DNA of 64,000 nucleotides from the IMG/VR virus record IMGVR_UViG_2511231106_000004, positions 47,356 through 111,355 of that record; one strand, given 5' to 3'. Shown piece after piece: positions 1 to 9,230 of the stretch (within the stretch, counting starts at the first letter, position 1; every line of letters starts with the position of its first letter). The notes below the pieces were generated by a model. The model saw only the letters and a list, made by a program, of their open reading frames with translations. It searched no databases and was not told where the DNA came from. Position numbers and translations under genes: made by a program. Source of the stretch: a virus. Lineage: Duplodnaviria > Caudoviricetes.

Positions 1-162
1 CCAAACCACCAGGAGGGACCCTATATCATCTACGCCGGTCACCGTGCCTTTCGTACCCAAAGACGGTGCCTGGGGATCGTCCATCCGGGTAAGGCGTACC
101 CGGGTTCCGGGAGGGTATTCCTGCTGTAGAAATTCCAGCAGCTCTTTATTGGGAAACCGCAT
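1..162 (-). CDS. DUF4314-like phage protein (3' truncated by window)
   Basis: Manual translation MRFPNKELLEFLQQEYPPGTRVRLTRMDDPQAPSLGTKGTVTGVDDIGSLLVVW; matches the C-terminal domain of 44898..45509 (GTRVRLIAMDDRQAPPRGTEGTVQFVDDAG); not in ORF track. Confidence 0.8.
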   Translation of the reverse strand, partial: MRFPNKELLEFLQQEYPPGTRVRLTRMDDPQAPSLGTKGTVTGVDDIGSLLVVW

Positions 163-952
163 CTTTTTTCCCTCCGTTCCGGAAGGCCGCTGACCCACTG
201 AGCTTTTCCAGCAGGATCTTTCGGCAGTCCTTGTATTCCTTCCCGATAAAGCCCAGGCGCAGGAGGAAACACCGGAAGGCGTATTTCTCGTTGGGGACTT
301 CATGTTCTTTGGCCGTGACCCGTTTGGCGTTCTTGGCAAACTGGCACAGGGCCTTCACCAGTCTGGAGTAGGCTTGGACCTTGGCGCCGTCCGCTTCGTG
401 GAACCAGGGGAAGTTGATTTTCCCTTCGCTGCGGATGATGGTCAGGTCATCCGTCCCCAGGGCCTTTTTGAAAAGGCCGGCTTTAGAGGCCACCAGGTTC
501 TGAAGTTTCTCGAAGTCTTCTTCCGTGAAATCGTCCGGAAAGGAAATGGTGAGGGTGTCGACTTTCTCAGGAGTTTCTTCCGGTTCCTGGGCTGTTTCAG
601 GTTCCGTCCCTTCTTCCAGTTCAGCCGTTTCCTGGGAAAGTTCTGGTTCCGGGTTTGCATCCGGTTCTGCCGTTTCCTTTACGGGTTCTTGTTCCGGAGT
701 TTCTTCCGTTGCTGCCTGTTCTGCAGCCGTTTCTTCTGGCTTGAATCCTCTGGCTTCCAGTTCTTTTACCACCTTCTGGAACAGTTCTCCGTCTTCACAT
801 TCCATGGCACCGTTTTTCCACACCATAATGCTGCCGATCCGGTAAGCCTTGGTGGGAAGAAAAAGGTACTTTGCCCTTTCTCCCGTAATGGCGCTGATGG
901 CCTGGACCAGTTCTTTTCTCGCTGCACCTTGTCTGTTGTATTCGACCTTCAT
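146..952 (-). CDS. Conserved phage protein ('virulence-related' hypothetical) with acidic linker
   Basis: 268 aa, GGAGG RBS; C-terminal NEKYAFRCFLLRLGFIG motif shared with 45586..46482 and 46596..47453. Confidence 0.75.
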   Translation of the reverse strand: MKVEYNRQGAARKELVQAISAITGERAKYLFLPTKAYRIGSIMVWKNGAMECEDGELFQKVVKELEARGFKPEETAAEQAATEETPEQEPVKETAEPDANPEPELSQETAELEEGTEPETAQEPEETPEKVDTLTISFPDDFTEEDFEKLQNLVASKAGLFKKALGTDDLTIIRSEGKINFPWFHEADGAKVQAYSRLVKALCQFAKNAKRVTAKEHEVPNEKYAFRCFLLRLGFIGKEYKDCRKILLEKLSGSAAFRNGGKKDAVSQ

Positions 953-990
953 GATTGGTACCTCCTTAGGGTATTTTGGTACTGTTATTA

Positions 991-1017
991 ATCACTCTAA
1001 AGGCGAATAATAGCAAG
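991..1017 (-). promoter_or_regulatory. 27-bp conserved promoter-like motif CTTGCTAWT-N10-AGAGKGAT, copy 1 of 5
   Basis: Same motif and spacing at 21919, 44847, 46534 and 47488, each upstream of a minus-strand gene start. Confidence 0.65.
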
Positions 1018-1040
1018 CAAAATGTAGCCCTTTTTGTTCT

Positions 1041-2297
1041 TTATTTTTCTCCGCCCACAACTTCCTGGTAGGTGTATGTTTTCCCATTTCGCAGGACGGT
1101 CACGCTGTCCTGCTCCCCTTCGTGGGAAGCCAGGTACCGCTTCACCGCCACATCCACGAACTTGGGTTCCAGCTCCACCCCATAACAGATCCGGCCCAGC
1201 TGGTCGCAGGCCATGAGGGTGGAAGCAGACCCCAGGAATCCGTCCAGCACCACCCCGTTGATCTGGCTGCTCAGCTTGATCAGATAGGCCAGCATGGGCA
1301 CCGGCTTACTGGAGGGGTGCCCGAAACCGTCCTCTTTGCTGTTCTTGATCCCGTCAAACTCAAAGACTGCTTTCTGTTTCTGGTCCCCGTACCAGTTGTG
1401 TTTTCCGTCTTTCCGCCACCCGAAGATAATGGGTTCCATGTTAAACTTCCAGTCGGTGCGCATAAAGGGGGCCTTGGGCTTTTTCCAGATCAGGCCAGCT
1501 CCCACTTTGAAACCGGCATCTTCGAAAGCGTCGTAAAAGACCCGGGCCTTCATGGTGGCGTAGAACACATAGATGGAGGCGTCCGCCGCCATGGCATCAT
1601 GGAAGCAGGTGAAGGCCTTTTTCAGGAACTCGTACCCTTCCTGGTCGTTCAGATCATCGTTCCTGATCTTCCCGGAAGTACTCCGGAGGTTGACCAGGTA
1701 CGGAGGATCCGTCAGGACCAGGTTTGGCTTTACTCCATCCATCAACTGAGCATAAGTTTCCGACTTGGTAGAATCCCCGCACAGGACCCGGTGCTTGCCC
1801 AGCTGCCAGAGGTCCCCGGCTTTGGAAAACACCGGCTTCTGCAGTTCTTCTTCCACGTTGAAGTCGTCTTCTTTGGCTTCTGTTTCTTCATCGAAGATAT
1901 GGGCGATTTCGTCATCGCTAAAGCCGGTGAGGCTCACATCAAAGTCCGCTCCCTGGAGGGATTCAATTTCCACCCGCAGCATTTCTTCGTCCCATCCGGC
2001 ATCCAGGGCCATCCGGTTGTCGGCCAGGATATAGGCTTTCTTCTGGGCTTCGGTAAGATAGTCCACCAGGACGCAGGGCACTTCTTTGATCCCTTCTTCC
2101 CGGGCTGCCATCACCCGACCGTGGCCGGCAATGATGTTCTTGTCCTTATCGATGATCACCGGGTTGATGAACCCGAATTCCCGCAGGCTGGCCCGGAGCT
2201 TGTTAATCTGTTCCGGGGAATGGGTCCGGGCGTTATTTACATAGGGAATCAGCTCATCGACGGGGAGGAGCCTCATCTCTTTGGTTGTTTTCTCCAT
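1041..2297 (-). CDS. ParB-like domain plus N6-adenine/N4-cytosine DNA methyltransferase
   Basis: NNARTH, IIAGHGR (ParB-like); DPPY; HPSSKP; VLDGFLGSAST SAM motif; start moved to MEKTTK behind AGGAG. Confidence 0.9.
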   Translation of the reverse strand: MEKTTKEMRLLPVDELIPYVNNARTHSPEQINKLRASLREFGFINPVIIDKDKNIIAGHGRVMAAREEGIKEVPCVLVDYLTEAQKKAYILADNRMALDAGWDEEMLRVEIESLQGADFDVSLTGFSDDEIAHIFDEETEAKEDDFNVEEELQKPVFSKAGDLWQLGKHRVLCGDSTKSETYAQLMDGVKPNLVLTDPPYLVNLRSTSGKIRNDDLNDQEGYEFLKKAFTCFHDAMAADASIYVFYATMKARVFYDAFEDAGFKVGAGLIWKKPKAPFMRTDWKFNMEPIIFGWRKDGKHNWYGDQKQKAVFEFDGIKNSKEDGFGHPSSKPVPMLAYLIKLSSQINGVVLDGFLGSASTLMACDQLGRICYGVELEPKFVDVAVKRYLASHEGEQDSVTVLRNGKTYTYQEVVGGEK

Positions 2298-2440
2298 GCC
2301 ATGTTTCTCCTTATAATCGCAGCAAGCCCCCTGCGGGCACCGTTCAGGTCCCCACAAAGGGCTTGTCCTCGTAATGTTTTGATCTGTTGTTTGGTGAGGG
2401 GATATCCCCTCAGCCGGGAAATGAATTCTCTTGCTGTCAT
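2273..2440 (-). CDS. Small hypothetical phage protein (55 aa)
   Basis: Manual translation MTAREFISRLRGYPLTKQQIKTLRGQALCGDLNGARRGLAAIIRRNMAWRKQPKR fills the TerS-MTase gap with coupled start and stop; below ORF-track cutoff. Confidence 0.65.
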   Translation of the reverse strand: MTAREFISRLRGYPLTKQQIKTLRGQALCGDLNGARRGLAAIIRRNMAWRKQPKR

Positions 2441-2441
2441 G

Positions 2442-2969
2442 CTATACCTTCCGCGACCGCAGCAGCCGTTCCATCACGTCATCCTGGGGCGTGTTGCCGG
2501 CAAACTCCACGGAGCAGTTTTCCTTCACCACCTGGTAGATCTGATACCAGATCTGGTTCACCTGCTTCATGTAGTTCTGGCCCATGGTCACGTATGGAGA
2601 AGCAATGGCCGCATTGGTGGTGGGGTGCTTGGCCAGAAAGCCATATTCCGAAATGGCATGTTCGCACTGGATCCACCGGGACACCGCCATGGCGTACTGG
2701 CTGATGAGCTGAGGGCTTACCAGTTTCTCGCAGTGCCGGGCTTTGAGCCACAGCCAGGTTTCCCGGTAGATTTCTTCCGCCTCCAGCTTCCCGCCGTTCC
2801 GCTGCTTTTCCTTCATGTAGGCTTTGGGTTCCGGCATATCTTCTCCAGATAGATCCGCCCCTTCCGGCAGGTCCATCACCTTAAGCGGCCGCTTCCCCGG
2901 ATTGTCCGGCAGTTTGTCCAGCAGGGCCCTGGGTTTCCGCCCCTGGCCCACCCGCAATCCCCCTCGCAT
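2442..2969 (-). CDS. terS: Terminase small subunit, P27 family
   Basis: RGGLRVGQGRKPR, NPGKRPL, YAMAVSRWIQCE, HPTTNAAIASPY; follows HNH; true start may be ATA at 2987. Confidence 0.8.
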   Translation of the reverse strand: MRGGLRVGQGRKPRALLDKLPDNPGKRPLKVMDLPEGADLSGEDMPEPKAYMKEKQRNGGKLEAEEIYRETWLWLKARHCEKLVSPQLISQYAMAVSRWIQCEHAISEYGFLAKHPTTNAAIASPYVTMGQNYMKQVNQIWYQIYQVVKENCSVEFAGNTPQDDVMERLLRSRKV

Positions 2970-3018
2970 GGTTCCGTCTTTTGCTATTTTTCACACCCCC
3001 TTTTTCACCGGGTCAATA

Positions 3019-3101
3019 CCCTTTTTGAAAACGCGTTTTTTTCGCGCGTGACCCCTCGCCCGTTCTGGCTTTCCGGGCTTCCAGAGATTCATACGCCCCC
3101 T
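3019..3101 (-). other. Candidate cos/packaging region of element A
   Basis: Between HNH and TerS; shares GGGGG..AATCTCTG..TCA..GAAAAA..CGCG..TTCA..AAGGG pattern with 49015-49101. Confidence 0.45.
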
Positions 3102-3127
3102 GGGTATATCACTTTGTTTCAGATTTA

Positions 3128-3514
3128 TCATTCTGATAGTCCACTTTTTCTTGTGACTTTTTGGTGCCATCGATCTCCTCTTTGGGCATGAATCCTTGCG
3201 TGACAGGCTTTGCACAGGGCAATCAGGTTGTTCCAGTCGTGGGTCCCGCCTTCCGCCAGGGGCTTCTTGTGGTGGACTTCTTCCGCCACCACGTACCGGC
3301 CATTCTTCAGACACAGCTCACAGAGAGGATGGCTGGCCACGTAGGCATCCCGGATCTTCTTCCAGGTCCTGCCGTACCGTTTCTTCGTACCAGAACTTCG
3401 CTCATACTTTTCGTACCGCTTGGCGATGATCTTCTGGTGCTTCTCACAGTACCGGCCGTCCGTCAGGTTCGGGCAGCCTGGGAAGGAACAGGGTCGTTTC
3501 GGTTTTCTAGGCAC
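3128..3514 (-). CDS. HNH endonuclease (terminase-associated, HK97 gp74-like)
   Basis: CxxPGC, LCELC, EVHHKKP, NLIALCKACH; GTG start behind GGAGG. Confidence 0.9.
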   Translation of the reverse strand: MPRKPKRPCSFPGCPNLTDGRYCEKHQKIIAKRYEKYERSSGTKKRYGRTWKKIRDAYVASHPLCELCLKNGRYVVAEEVHHKKPLAEGGTHDWNNLIALCKACHARIHAQRGDRWHQKVTRKSGLSE

Positions 3515-3629
3515 AGCTGCCACCTCCTTTCGGACATGAAAAAAGCCCTGCAGGATAGGTCCTGCAAGGCTTGTCTTTATTATTCCCTTTTCTCGTGATT
3601 CTATCATACCACGAAGGGCCTGTTGAATT

Positions 3630-4082
3630 CTAGTGTTTCGCTACTGCATTTTCCTGCAATGTACTGCGCTCCTCCAAAATTTTTTCAACGGCCGCCACCC
3701 CATCACTGTGGACGGCGTAGATCCACCGGATCCCTTTGCCCATGCTCCGGGCAATGTCCTCCCAGGCATCGAAGTGGATGTACCGGTCCCGGAGGACCAG
3801 CCGCTGGGCTTCGTCTTCCACCCGGTCGATGACCTGGCCAATCTCATACTTCAGGTCCACCAGCCGGTCCACTTCCCGGTTGATTTCCTGCTCCCGCTCC
3901 CAGATCTTCTCGATGGTCCGGACGAAGGGGGCTTCCGTGGGCCGGTTGGGGTTGTGGCTTTCTTCCAGCCCGGCTGCTGAGATGCCCAGGCAAAGATGCC
4001 GGAGCTCGGCCACTTCCCGAAGATTGCTCTCTATTTTCTTATCCAGGTAGAATCCCTGTTGCAAGTACTCTTTCGCGTTCAT
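3630..4082 (-). CDS. DUF1492 / RinA-ArpU-like late transcriptional activator
   Basis: AKEYLQQ N-terminus, VLRDRYI..WEDIARSM C-terminal HTH; paralog of 52215..52652; position between SNF2 and HNH. Confidence 0.75.
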   Translation of the reverse strand: MNAKEYLQQGFYLDKKIESNLREVAELRHLCLGISAAGLEESHNPNRPTEAPFVRTIEKIWEREQEINREVDRLVDLKYEIGQVIDRVEDEAQRLVLRDRYIHFDAWEDIARSMGKGIRWIYAVHSDGVAAVEKILEERSTLQENAVAKH

Positions 4083-5433
4083 GCTTTTCCCTCCAAATCC
4101 GCTTTGACGGCTTCAATGAGATCCGCCTGGGAACTGTCTTTCTTCTCCAGGGCCTTCAGGATCCGTTCGTCCATGGTGCCTTTCGTCACAATGTGCTGGA
4201 CGATCACCGTCCGGCTGGTTTGTCCCTGCCGCCAGAGCCGGGCCACCGTCTGCTGGTAGAGTTCCAAACTCCAGGTGAGCCCGAACCAGATCAGGATGGA
4301 CCCGCCCTGCTGCAGGTTGAGGCCGTGCCCGGCAGAAGCCGGATGGATCAGGGCCACCGGGATCTTCCCGGCGTTCCAGTCGGCAAAGTCCCTGCTCTCC
4401 TTCAGTTCCCTGGCTTCCATCCTCTGACAGATCCGTTCCCGGTCGTGCCGGAACCAGTAGGCCACAAGGACCGGCCGGCCATTGGCGCTTTCCACCAGGT
4501 CTTCCAGGGCATCAAGCTTTCGGTCATGGAGATGGATGGTCTTTCCGTCATCGGTGTAGATGGCTCCGTTGGCCATTTGGGTCAACTTCAGCGTAAGGGA
4601 GGCCGCATTGGCTGCCGTCACCTCGCCTCCCGGCAGTTCCAGCACGAGAGACTTTTTGAAGTCATTATACCGCTTCCGCTCCGAGTCCGAAAGATTAACC
4701 TCGGTTTTCACACGCACCAGGTCCGGCATCTGCAAATAGTCTGTGGCCTTCATGGACACGGTGATGTCCGCGATCTTTTTGTAGATGGCGTCCTCTGCTC
4801 CCGGCAAGGGCTTGTAGGAAAACACCACCATCCCGTTCCGTTTGTCCGGCTGGAAATAGGTGTTCCGGTACTGGCTGATGTATCTCCCCAGCCGCTCTCC
4901 CATGTCCAGGAGCCGGAACTCCGCCCACAGGTCCATAAGGCCGTTGCCGCTGGGAGTCCCCGTGAGGCCCACGATCCGTTTCACCTTGGGCCGCAGGGCC
5001 TTCATGGCTTTGAACCGCTGGGCCTGCTGGTTCTTGAAAGAAGACAGTTCGTCCAGGACCACCATATCAAAATCCAGCCGGCAGTTCTTGCAAAGCCACA
5101 CCAGGTTCTCCCGGTTCACGATGTAAAGGTCTGCTGGCTTCTGGAGAGCCCGCCGCCGTTCCGTCACGGACCCTACCACCACGCTGCAGGTGAGCTCCTT
5201 CAGGTGGTCCCATTTCCGGAGTTCTTCCGGCCAAGTATCTCTCGCTACTCTGAGGGGGGCCACGATCAAAACCCGGTGGACTTCAAAGGAGTCATACATC
5301 AAATCCCGAATAGCCGTCAAGGTCGTCACCGTCTTGCCGAACCTAAGCCCATATCCAGCAGGAGAGCCGTCACCGGGTGGGTCTTGATGTACTCGATGGC
5401 ATAGGTCTGGTATGCATGGGGTATGAACTTCAT
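4079..5433 (-). pseudogene. SNF2-family helicase, frameshifted in motif I
   Basis: MKFIPHAYQ..LDMGLG from 5433 stops after 35 aa (TGA 5328-5326); KTVTT, DELSS, LTGTP, GHGLNLQ continue in another frame; extra 5 nt TCGGC at 5336-5340 relative to intact paralog 52649..54022. Confidence 0.8.
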
Positions 5434-5732
5434 TGGGCATCACCTCCTTCCGCGATGGTCTGCAGCAGCCCGGGGATATCTTCCAGGGCATCCAGGACGA
5501 ACATCCGGAACCCCAGCTCCCGAAGCTTTTCGTGCCTTTTCACCTGCAGAACCCGTGGTTTCTTCCCCGGTGCCTTCACTTCCACAAAGGCCAGCTTCCC
5601 ACCAGGAAGAAGGACCAGCCGGTCCGGCATGCCGGAAAAGGAAGGGGAAACGAACTTCACAGCCAGTCCGCCTTTCTTCCTCGTTTCCGTCACCAGCTTC
5701 AGTTCTACTTGTTTCTCATTTAAAAAGGACAT
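5430..5732 (-). CDS. VRR-NUC domain nuclease
   Basis: KFVSPSFSGMPDRLVL, FVEVKAPG. Confidence 0.9.
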   Translation of the reverse strand: MSFLNEKQVELKLVTETRKKGGLAVKFVSPSFSGMPDRLVLLPGGKLAFVEVKAPGKKPRVLQVKRHEKLRELGFRMFVLDALEDIPGLLQTIAEGGDAQ

Positions 5733-6039
5733 CTGCTGCCTCCTTTGCCTTTGCCATCACTTCCGCATCCACCGGGGTTCTGGGTTCATGCTTCAGGTCT
5801 CCGTAAAACACATTCAGATAGTCATTGCTGACTTCCGGATGGTCATGGAACATATTGTCTTCCGCCCGGGACCGCACTTCATCAATCTTTTGCAGGACCC
5901 GCATGAATTTGTCCGTATCCGTAGACAAAAGGACCTGAGACATGTGGATGGCAAGATTTCCACCCAATGTCCGGAACAGCCGCATTTCGGCTCCCACCAG
6001 TTTGTACAGTTCAATCGTCCGTTCTTTCTTGTTGATCAT
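5716..6039 (-). CDS. Hypothetical protein (107 aa)
   Basis: GGAGG RBS, overlaps next gene; no counterpart in element B. Confidence 0.65.
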   Translation of the reverse strand: MINKKERTIELYKLVGAEMRLFRTLGGNLAIHMSQVLLSTDTDKFMRVLQKIDEVRSRAEDNMFHDHPEVSNDYLNVFYGDLKHEPRTPVDAEVMAKAKEAADVLFK

Positions 6040-6062
6040 CGCTTTTCCTCCTTCAGTATGGG

Positions 6063-6520
6063 AGTGACGGTGGTGACACTCTTCAACATACCCTCTCTAT
6101 AGATCCTTTTTTAAAATCTTCTTTAGGACTTTCAGGTGAGAGTGTCACTACTGTCACTTTTCATAAGGTGCAGGTGGTGAAGGTCTCCAGCATACCTTTA
6201 TATAGAACTCTTTTAAAAATTCTTCTTTAGGACTGTCAGTAGTAGACCTGCACCCACCTGCACCTTTTAGATTTTTCCATAAATCCCATGGGGTGCAGGT
6301 GGTGAAGGTCTTCAACATACCTTTATATAGAACTTCTTAAAAAATTCTTCTTTAGGACTGTCAGTAGTAGACCTGCACCCACCTGCACCTTTTAGATTTT
6401 TCCATAAATCCCATGGGGTGCAGGTGGTGAAGGTCTTCAACATACCTTTATATAGAACTTCTTAAAAAATTCTTCTTTAGGACTGTCAGTAGTAGACCTG
6501 CACCCACCTGCACCTTTTAG
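6063..6520. repeat. Origin-like tandem array: three 125-bp units (6167, 6292, 6417) plus a diverged unit (6063-6158)
   Basis: Each unit is GGTGCAGGTGGTGAAGGTCT, an AT-rich core, then AGACCTGCACCCACCTGCACC (inverted iterons); directly downstream of primase. Confidence 0.85.
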
Positions 6521-8805
6521 TCCAGAAAATCCTGTCCTTCTTTCAACCGCAGCCCGTGAACAACGATTCCTTTCTTCGTCTTGTGACGGAAGAACCCCGC
6601 CTTCTCCAGATTCCCATAGAAATCCGAAGTGCTTCTGGTGTATTCACCCGTCTGCATACAGACGATCCGGTACTGCTGGTACAAATCCCCCGACTTCTCC
6701 GTGAAGGAGGGATCCACGTCACAATGGGCGTCCAGGAATTGTCCCAGCCAATCGTTGTCCTCCCGGTATTTCTCTACCGCTTTCCGCACGGCTTCCGGTT
6801 CCTCAATCTTGAACTTCTTCCGGATGGCAGCTTCCGCGCCTTCAATGACCCACTTCAAAATGGCCGGCCCGGCTTGTTCGAACAGGTAGTCCGAATAGTT
6901 CTTGATGTCGTTTTTCCGGGTAATCCTGGCGTTGAAGGGAATGATAATCAGCCTCCGCCAGGTGCCGTCATCGTTGGCGGCCACTTTCGGCAGGTGGTTG
7001 GTGTAAAGGACCAGTGTGTGGGAGGGGACGAAATGGAAGGGAGTCTTGAACTTCTTCTCCGCTTCGATGGCGTCCACAGAACAGATCTGCTTCACCATCC
7101 CCGTATTGAGCCGCTGGCCTTCTTCCAGTTCGGAAGCGATGATCAGCCGCTTCCCTTTCAGTTCTGCAATTTCCGGTTTTACGTTTCGCCGGCAGTTCAT
7201 GGTCATGGTCTCGGCGGAAATCTTGCCGGAATACAACCCCAGCACCCTGGCGATGGTGTTCCAGAAGGTAGATTTCCCGTTGGCCCCGCCGCCATAGGCG
7301 ATAATCATCTGTTCGGCATAGACTCGGCCCACTGCGGCCATCCCCACGATCTGCTGCACGTACCGGATCAGCTCCTGGTCCTTGCAGAAAAACAGGTCCA
7401 GGCTTTCCTGCCACATGTTTCCTCCCTGGGTTCCGGGAGAGCAGGCAGTGACTTTGGTGATCATGTCATCCGGGTCATGGGGCCGTTTTCCATGCATCCC
7501 TTTGGAAAGGTCGTAGGTGGCTTCCGGGGTGTTCAAAAGTTCCGGATCATAGTCCAGCTCGGAAACATCCAGGGCCAGCATGGGGGTGGCGGCATTCTGG
7601 ACATTGAGGATGTTCTTGTAGTTCCGGTTTTTCATGACGAATTTCTTGTAAGCATCCGCGCTGAGAAGTGCCGTCAGCAAATGGCCTTTTTCCCCGGGAA
7701 TCTGGTTGGCCAGGGTCTTGCTTCTGGACTTCACGTCTTCCCGGGAGATCCCGATGGCGGTCAGGTCATCTTCTGCCTGGCGGATCTTTTCTTCTGCGTC
7801 TGCCAGCTGGTCATCCATAAAGTCCTCGATGACGCCCAGAGGCTTATGTTCATCTTCATCCCAGTGATTACCCACGTAGGCGATGTACTTCGTAGCACTG
7901 GTGTACCGAAGGCGTCCCATACAGGTCCGGGCCAGGACTTTGGCTTCCCCGATATCCGAGAAGTCATCCGGCTGGAGGGACGGATGGCCAACAGCTTTGT
8001 TGTATTCATCCGGGGGCACATACCCCTCGCTTTGCTGGATTTTGTTCCGGAAGAACTTCAGGGCACTTTTCCAGATGGTGTCCAGCTCTTTTTCCGGAAG
8101 CCGCGGTTCGCAATTCTCAGCCCGCTGCAGGTAGGCTTCGTAGGCTTTTTCCGTATCCCCATACCGCTTCAGCACCCGGCCGGCAAAGTGGGACATGGTG
8201 TTGTTCCGGTTGCCTTCCGGGATAGAACTCCCGGTATAGAAGGGAGGTTCCGTCTGGTCGGGTTCCAAAGGTCCCAGGCCGGCCAGAAAATCCGTGATGG
8301 TTTGCTTCTCTTCCTGCCATAAGATAGCTTCCGGCACCACTTCCGTGCCATACAGGAACCGGGCTGCATCCAGAGCCTGGGCGTCGAAGAAGGGAAACTC
8401 TTCCCGGATCCCCTGCTTCAGGGCCGTATAGGCTTTTTCGTCCTGCACTTCGGTGATGGGAAAATACGCATGGAACCGGGGCCGGGCTTTCCGGCCTTCC
8501 TTGGCTTTCCCGCTATTCCGGGACGGGACGATGACCACAGCCACGTTTGGCAGCATGGCAAGGAGCTTTTCTCCCGTCACCCACTCCTTCGGATTTTCCG
8601 TATGGTCGTTGTCGCAGTCCATCACCGCCACATCGGAAGCCAGGAAGTTATCCCGGCTCCGGTAGTTGTCCTTATAGGCCGCACAAACGTGGTCGAAAGC
8701 AGCAGCCGTCCCCAGTTCCCTGCTGCTTGTGATGACTGCTTTATTAGGATATATGGCATTTCGTTCGTTGCCGGTACAGTCAGCCGTGTAAATCGTAAAT
8801 CTCAT
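6517..8805 (-). CDS. Phage/plasmid primase-helicase, P4/D5 family (PriCT plus SF3 helicase)
   Basis: DCDNDH, RPRFH, EGNRNNTM, Walker A GGGANGKST, TNHLP, WRRL. Confidence 0.92.
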   Translation of the reverse strand: MRFTIYTADCTGNERNAIYPNKAVITSSRELGTAAAFDHVCAAYKDNYRSRDNFLASDVAVMDCDNDHTENPKEWVTGEKLLAMLPNVAVVIVPSRNSGKAKEGRKARPRFHAYFPITEVQDEKAYTALKQGIREEFPFFDAQALDAARFLYGTEVVPEAILWQEEKQTITDFLAGLGPLEPDQTEPPFYTGSSIPEGNRNNTMSHFAGRVLKRYGDTEKAYEAYLQRAENCEPRLPEKELDTIWKSALKFFRNKIQQSEGYVPPDEYNKAVGHPSLQPDDFSDIGEAKVLARTCMGRLRYTSATKYIAYVGNHWDEDEHKPLGVIEDFMDDQLADAEEKIRQAEDDLTAIGISREDVKSRSKTLANQIPGEKGHLLTALLSADAYKKFVMKNRNYKNILNVQNAATPMLALDVSELDYDPELLNTPEATYDLSKGMHGKRPHDPDDMITKVTACSPGTQGGNMWQESLDLFFCKDQELIRYVQQIVGMAAVGRVYAEQMIIAYGGGANGKSTFWNTIARVLGLYSGKISAETMTMNCRRNVKPEIAELKGKRLIIASELEEGQRLNTGMVKQICSVDAIEAEKKFKTPFHFVPSHTLVLYTNHLPKVAANDDGTWRRLIIIPFNARITRKNDIKNYSDYLFEQAGPAILKWVIEGAEAAIRKKFKIEEPEAVRKAVEKYREDNDWLGQFLDAHCDVDPSFTEKSGDLYQQYRIVCMQTGEYTRSTSDFYGNLEKAGFFRHKTKKGIVVHGLRLKEGQDFLD

Positions 8806-9230
8806 CTTTCTGCCTCCTCGAGGGTTTCGTTAAAGAATCTCAGCCGATAGTTCTTCCATCTGGCCCGCCGAATCTCCGCATCCATGCCAGGAGATATGGT
8901 ATCCCCGAACACCCACACTTCCCGGCAAAGGCCCATCAGGATGTTGCCGAAATGGAGCCCTGCCTCCCGTTCCTTTGGATCCCGGTCATCCAGGAACTGG
9001 GGAAAGAGGAGATGCGGAGCCAAGGGCAGGTACCCTTCTTCAAAGGCAAAGCGGCAGTACCGCCTTGCTGCCAGGATATTTTTATCCGTTGCCCCGGAAT
9101 ACGGGGAACAGATATATACGAGAGGCCGGTAAGCCCGGAGTGCCTTCCGCTGGGCTCCGACAGCACTGAGGGCTCTCTGCGGAGTCGGATCCGGATAGTG
9201 TTCCTGGTTAAATTTCTCCACTGTCGCCAC
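8802..9230 (-). CDS. Conserved phage protein (DUF4406/DUF7768-like)
   Basis: YPDPT, VYICSPY, PLAPHL, CREVWVFG; paralog of 56714..57109. Confidence 0.8.
   Translation of the reverse strand: MATVEKFNQEHYPDPTPQRALSAVGAQRKALRAYRPLVYICSPYSGATDKNILAARRYCRFAFEEGYLPLAPHLLFPQFLDDRDPKEREAGLHFGNILMGLCREVWVFGDTISPGMDAEIRRARWKNYRLRFFNETLEEAER

Noticed and set aside
5433-5491. ORF-track start for an intact 470 aa SNF2
   Set aside because: Its N-terminus is non-homologous to the paralog; the homologous N-terminus is in another frame, so it is called frameshifted
6063-6520. CRISPR array
   Set aside because: Units are 125-bp tandem copies with near-identical interiors, so there are no unique spacers; no cas operon (the Cas4-like DUF2800 is a normal phage replication gene)
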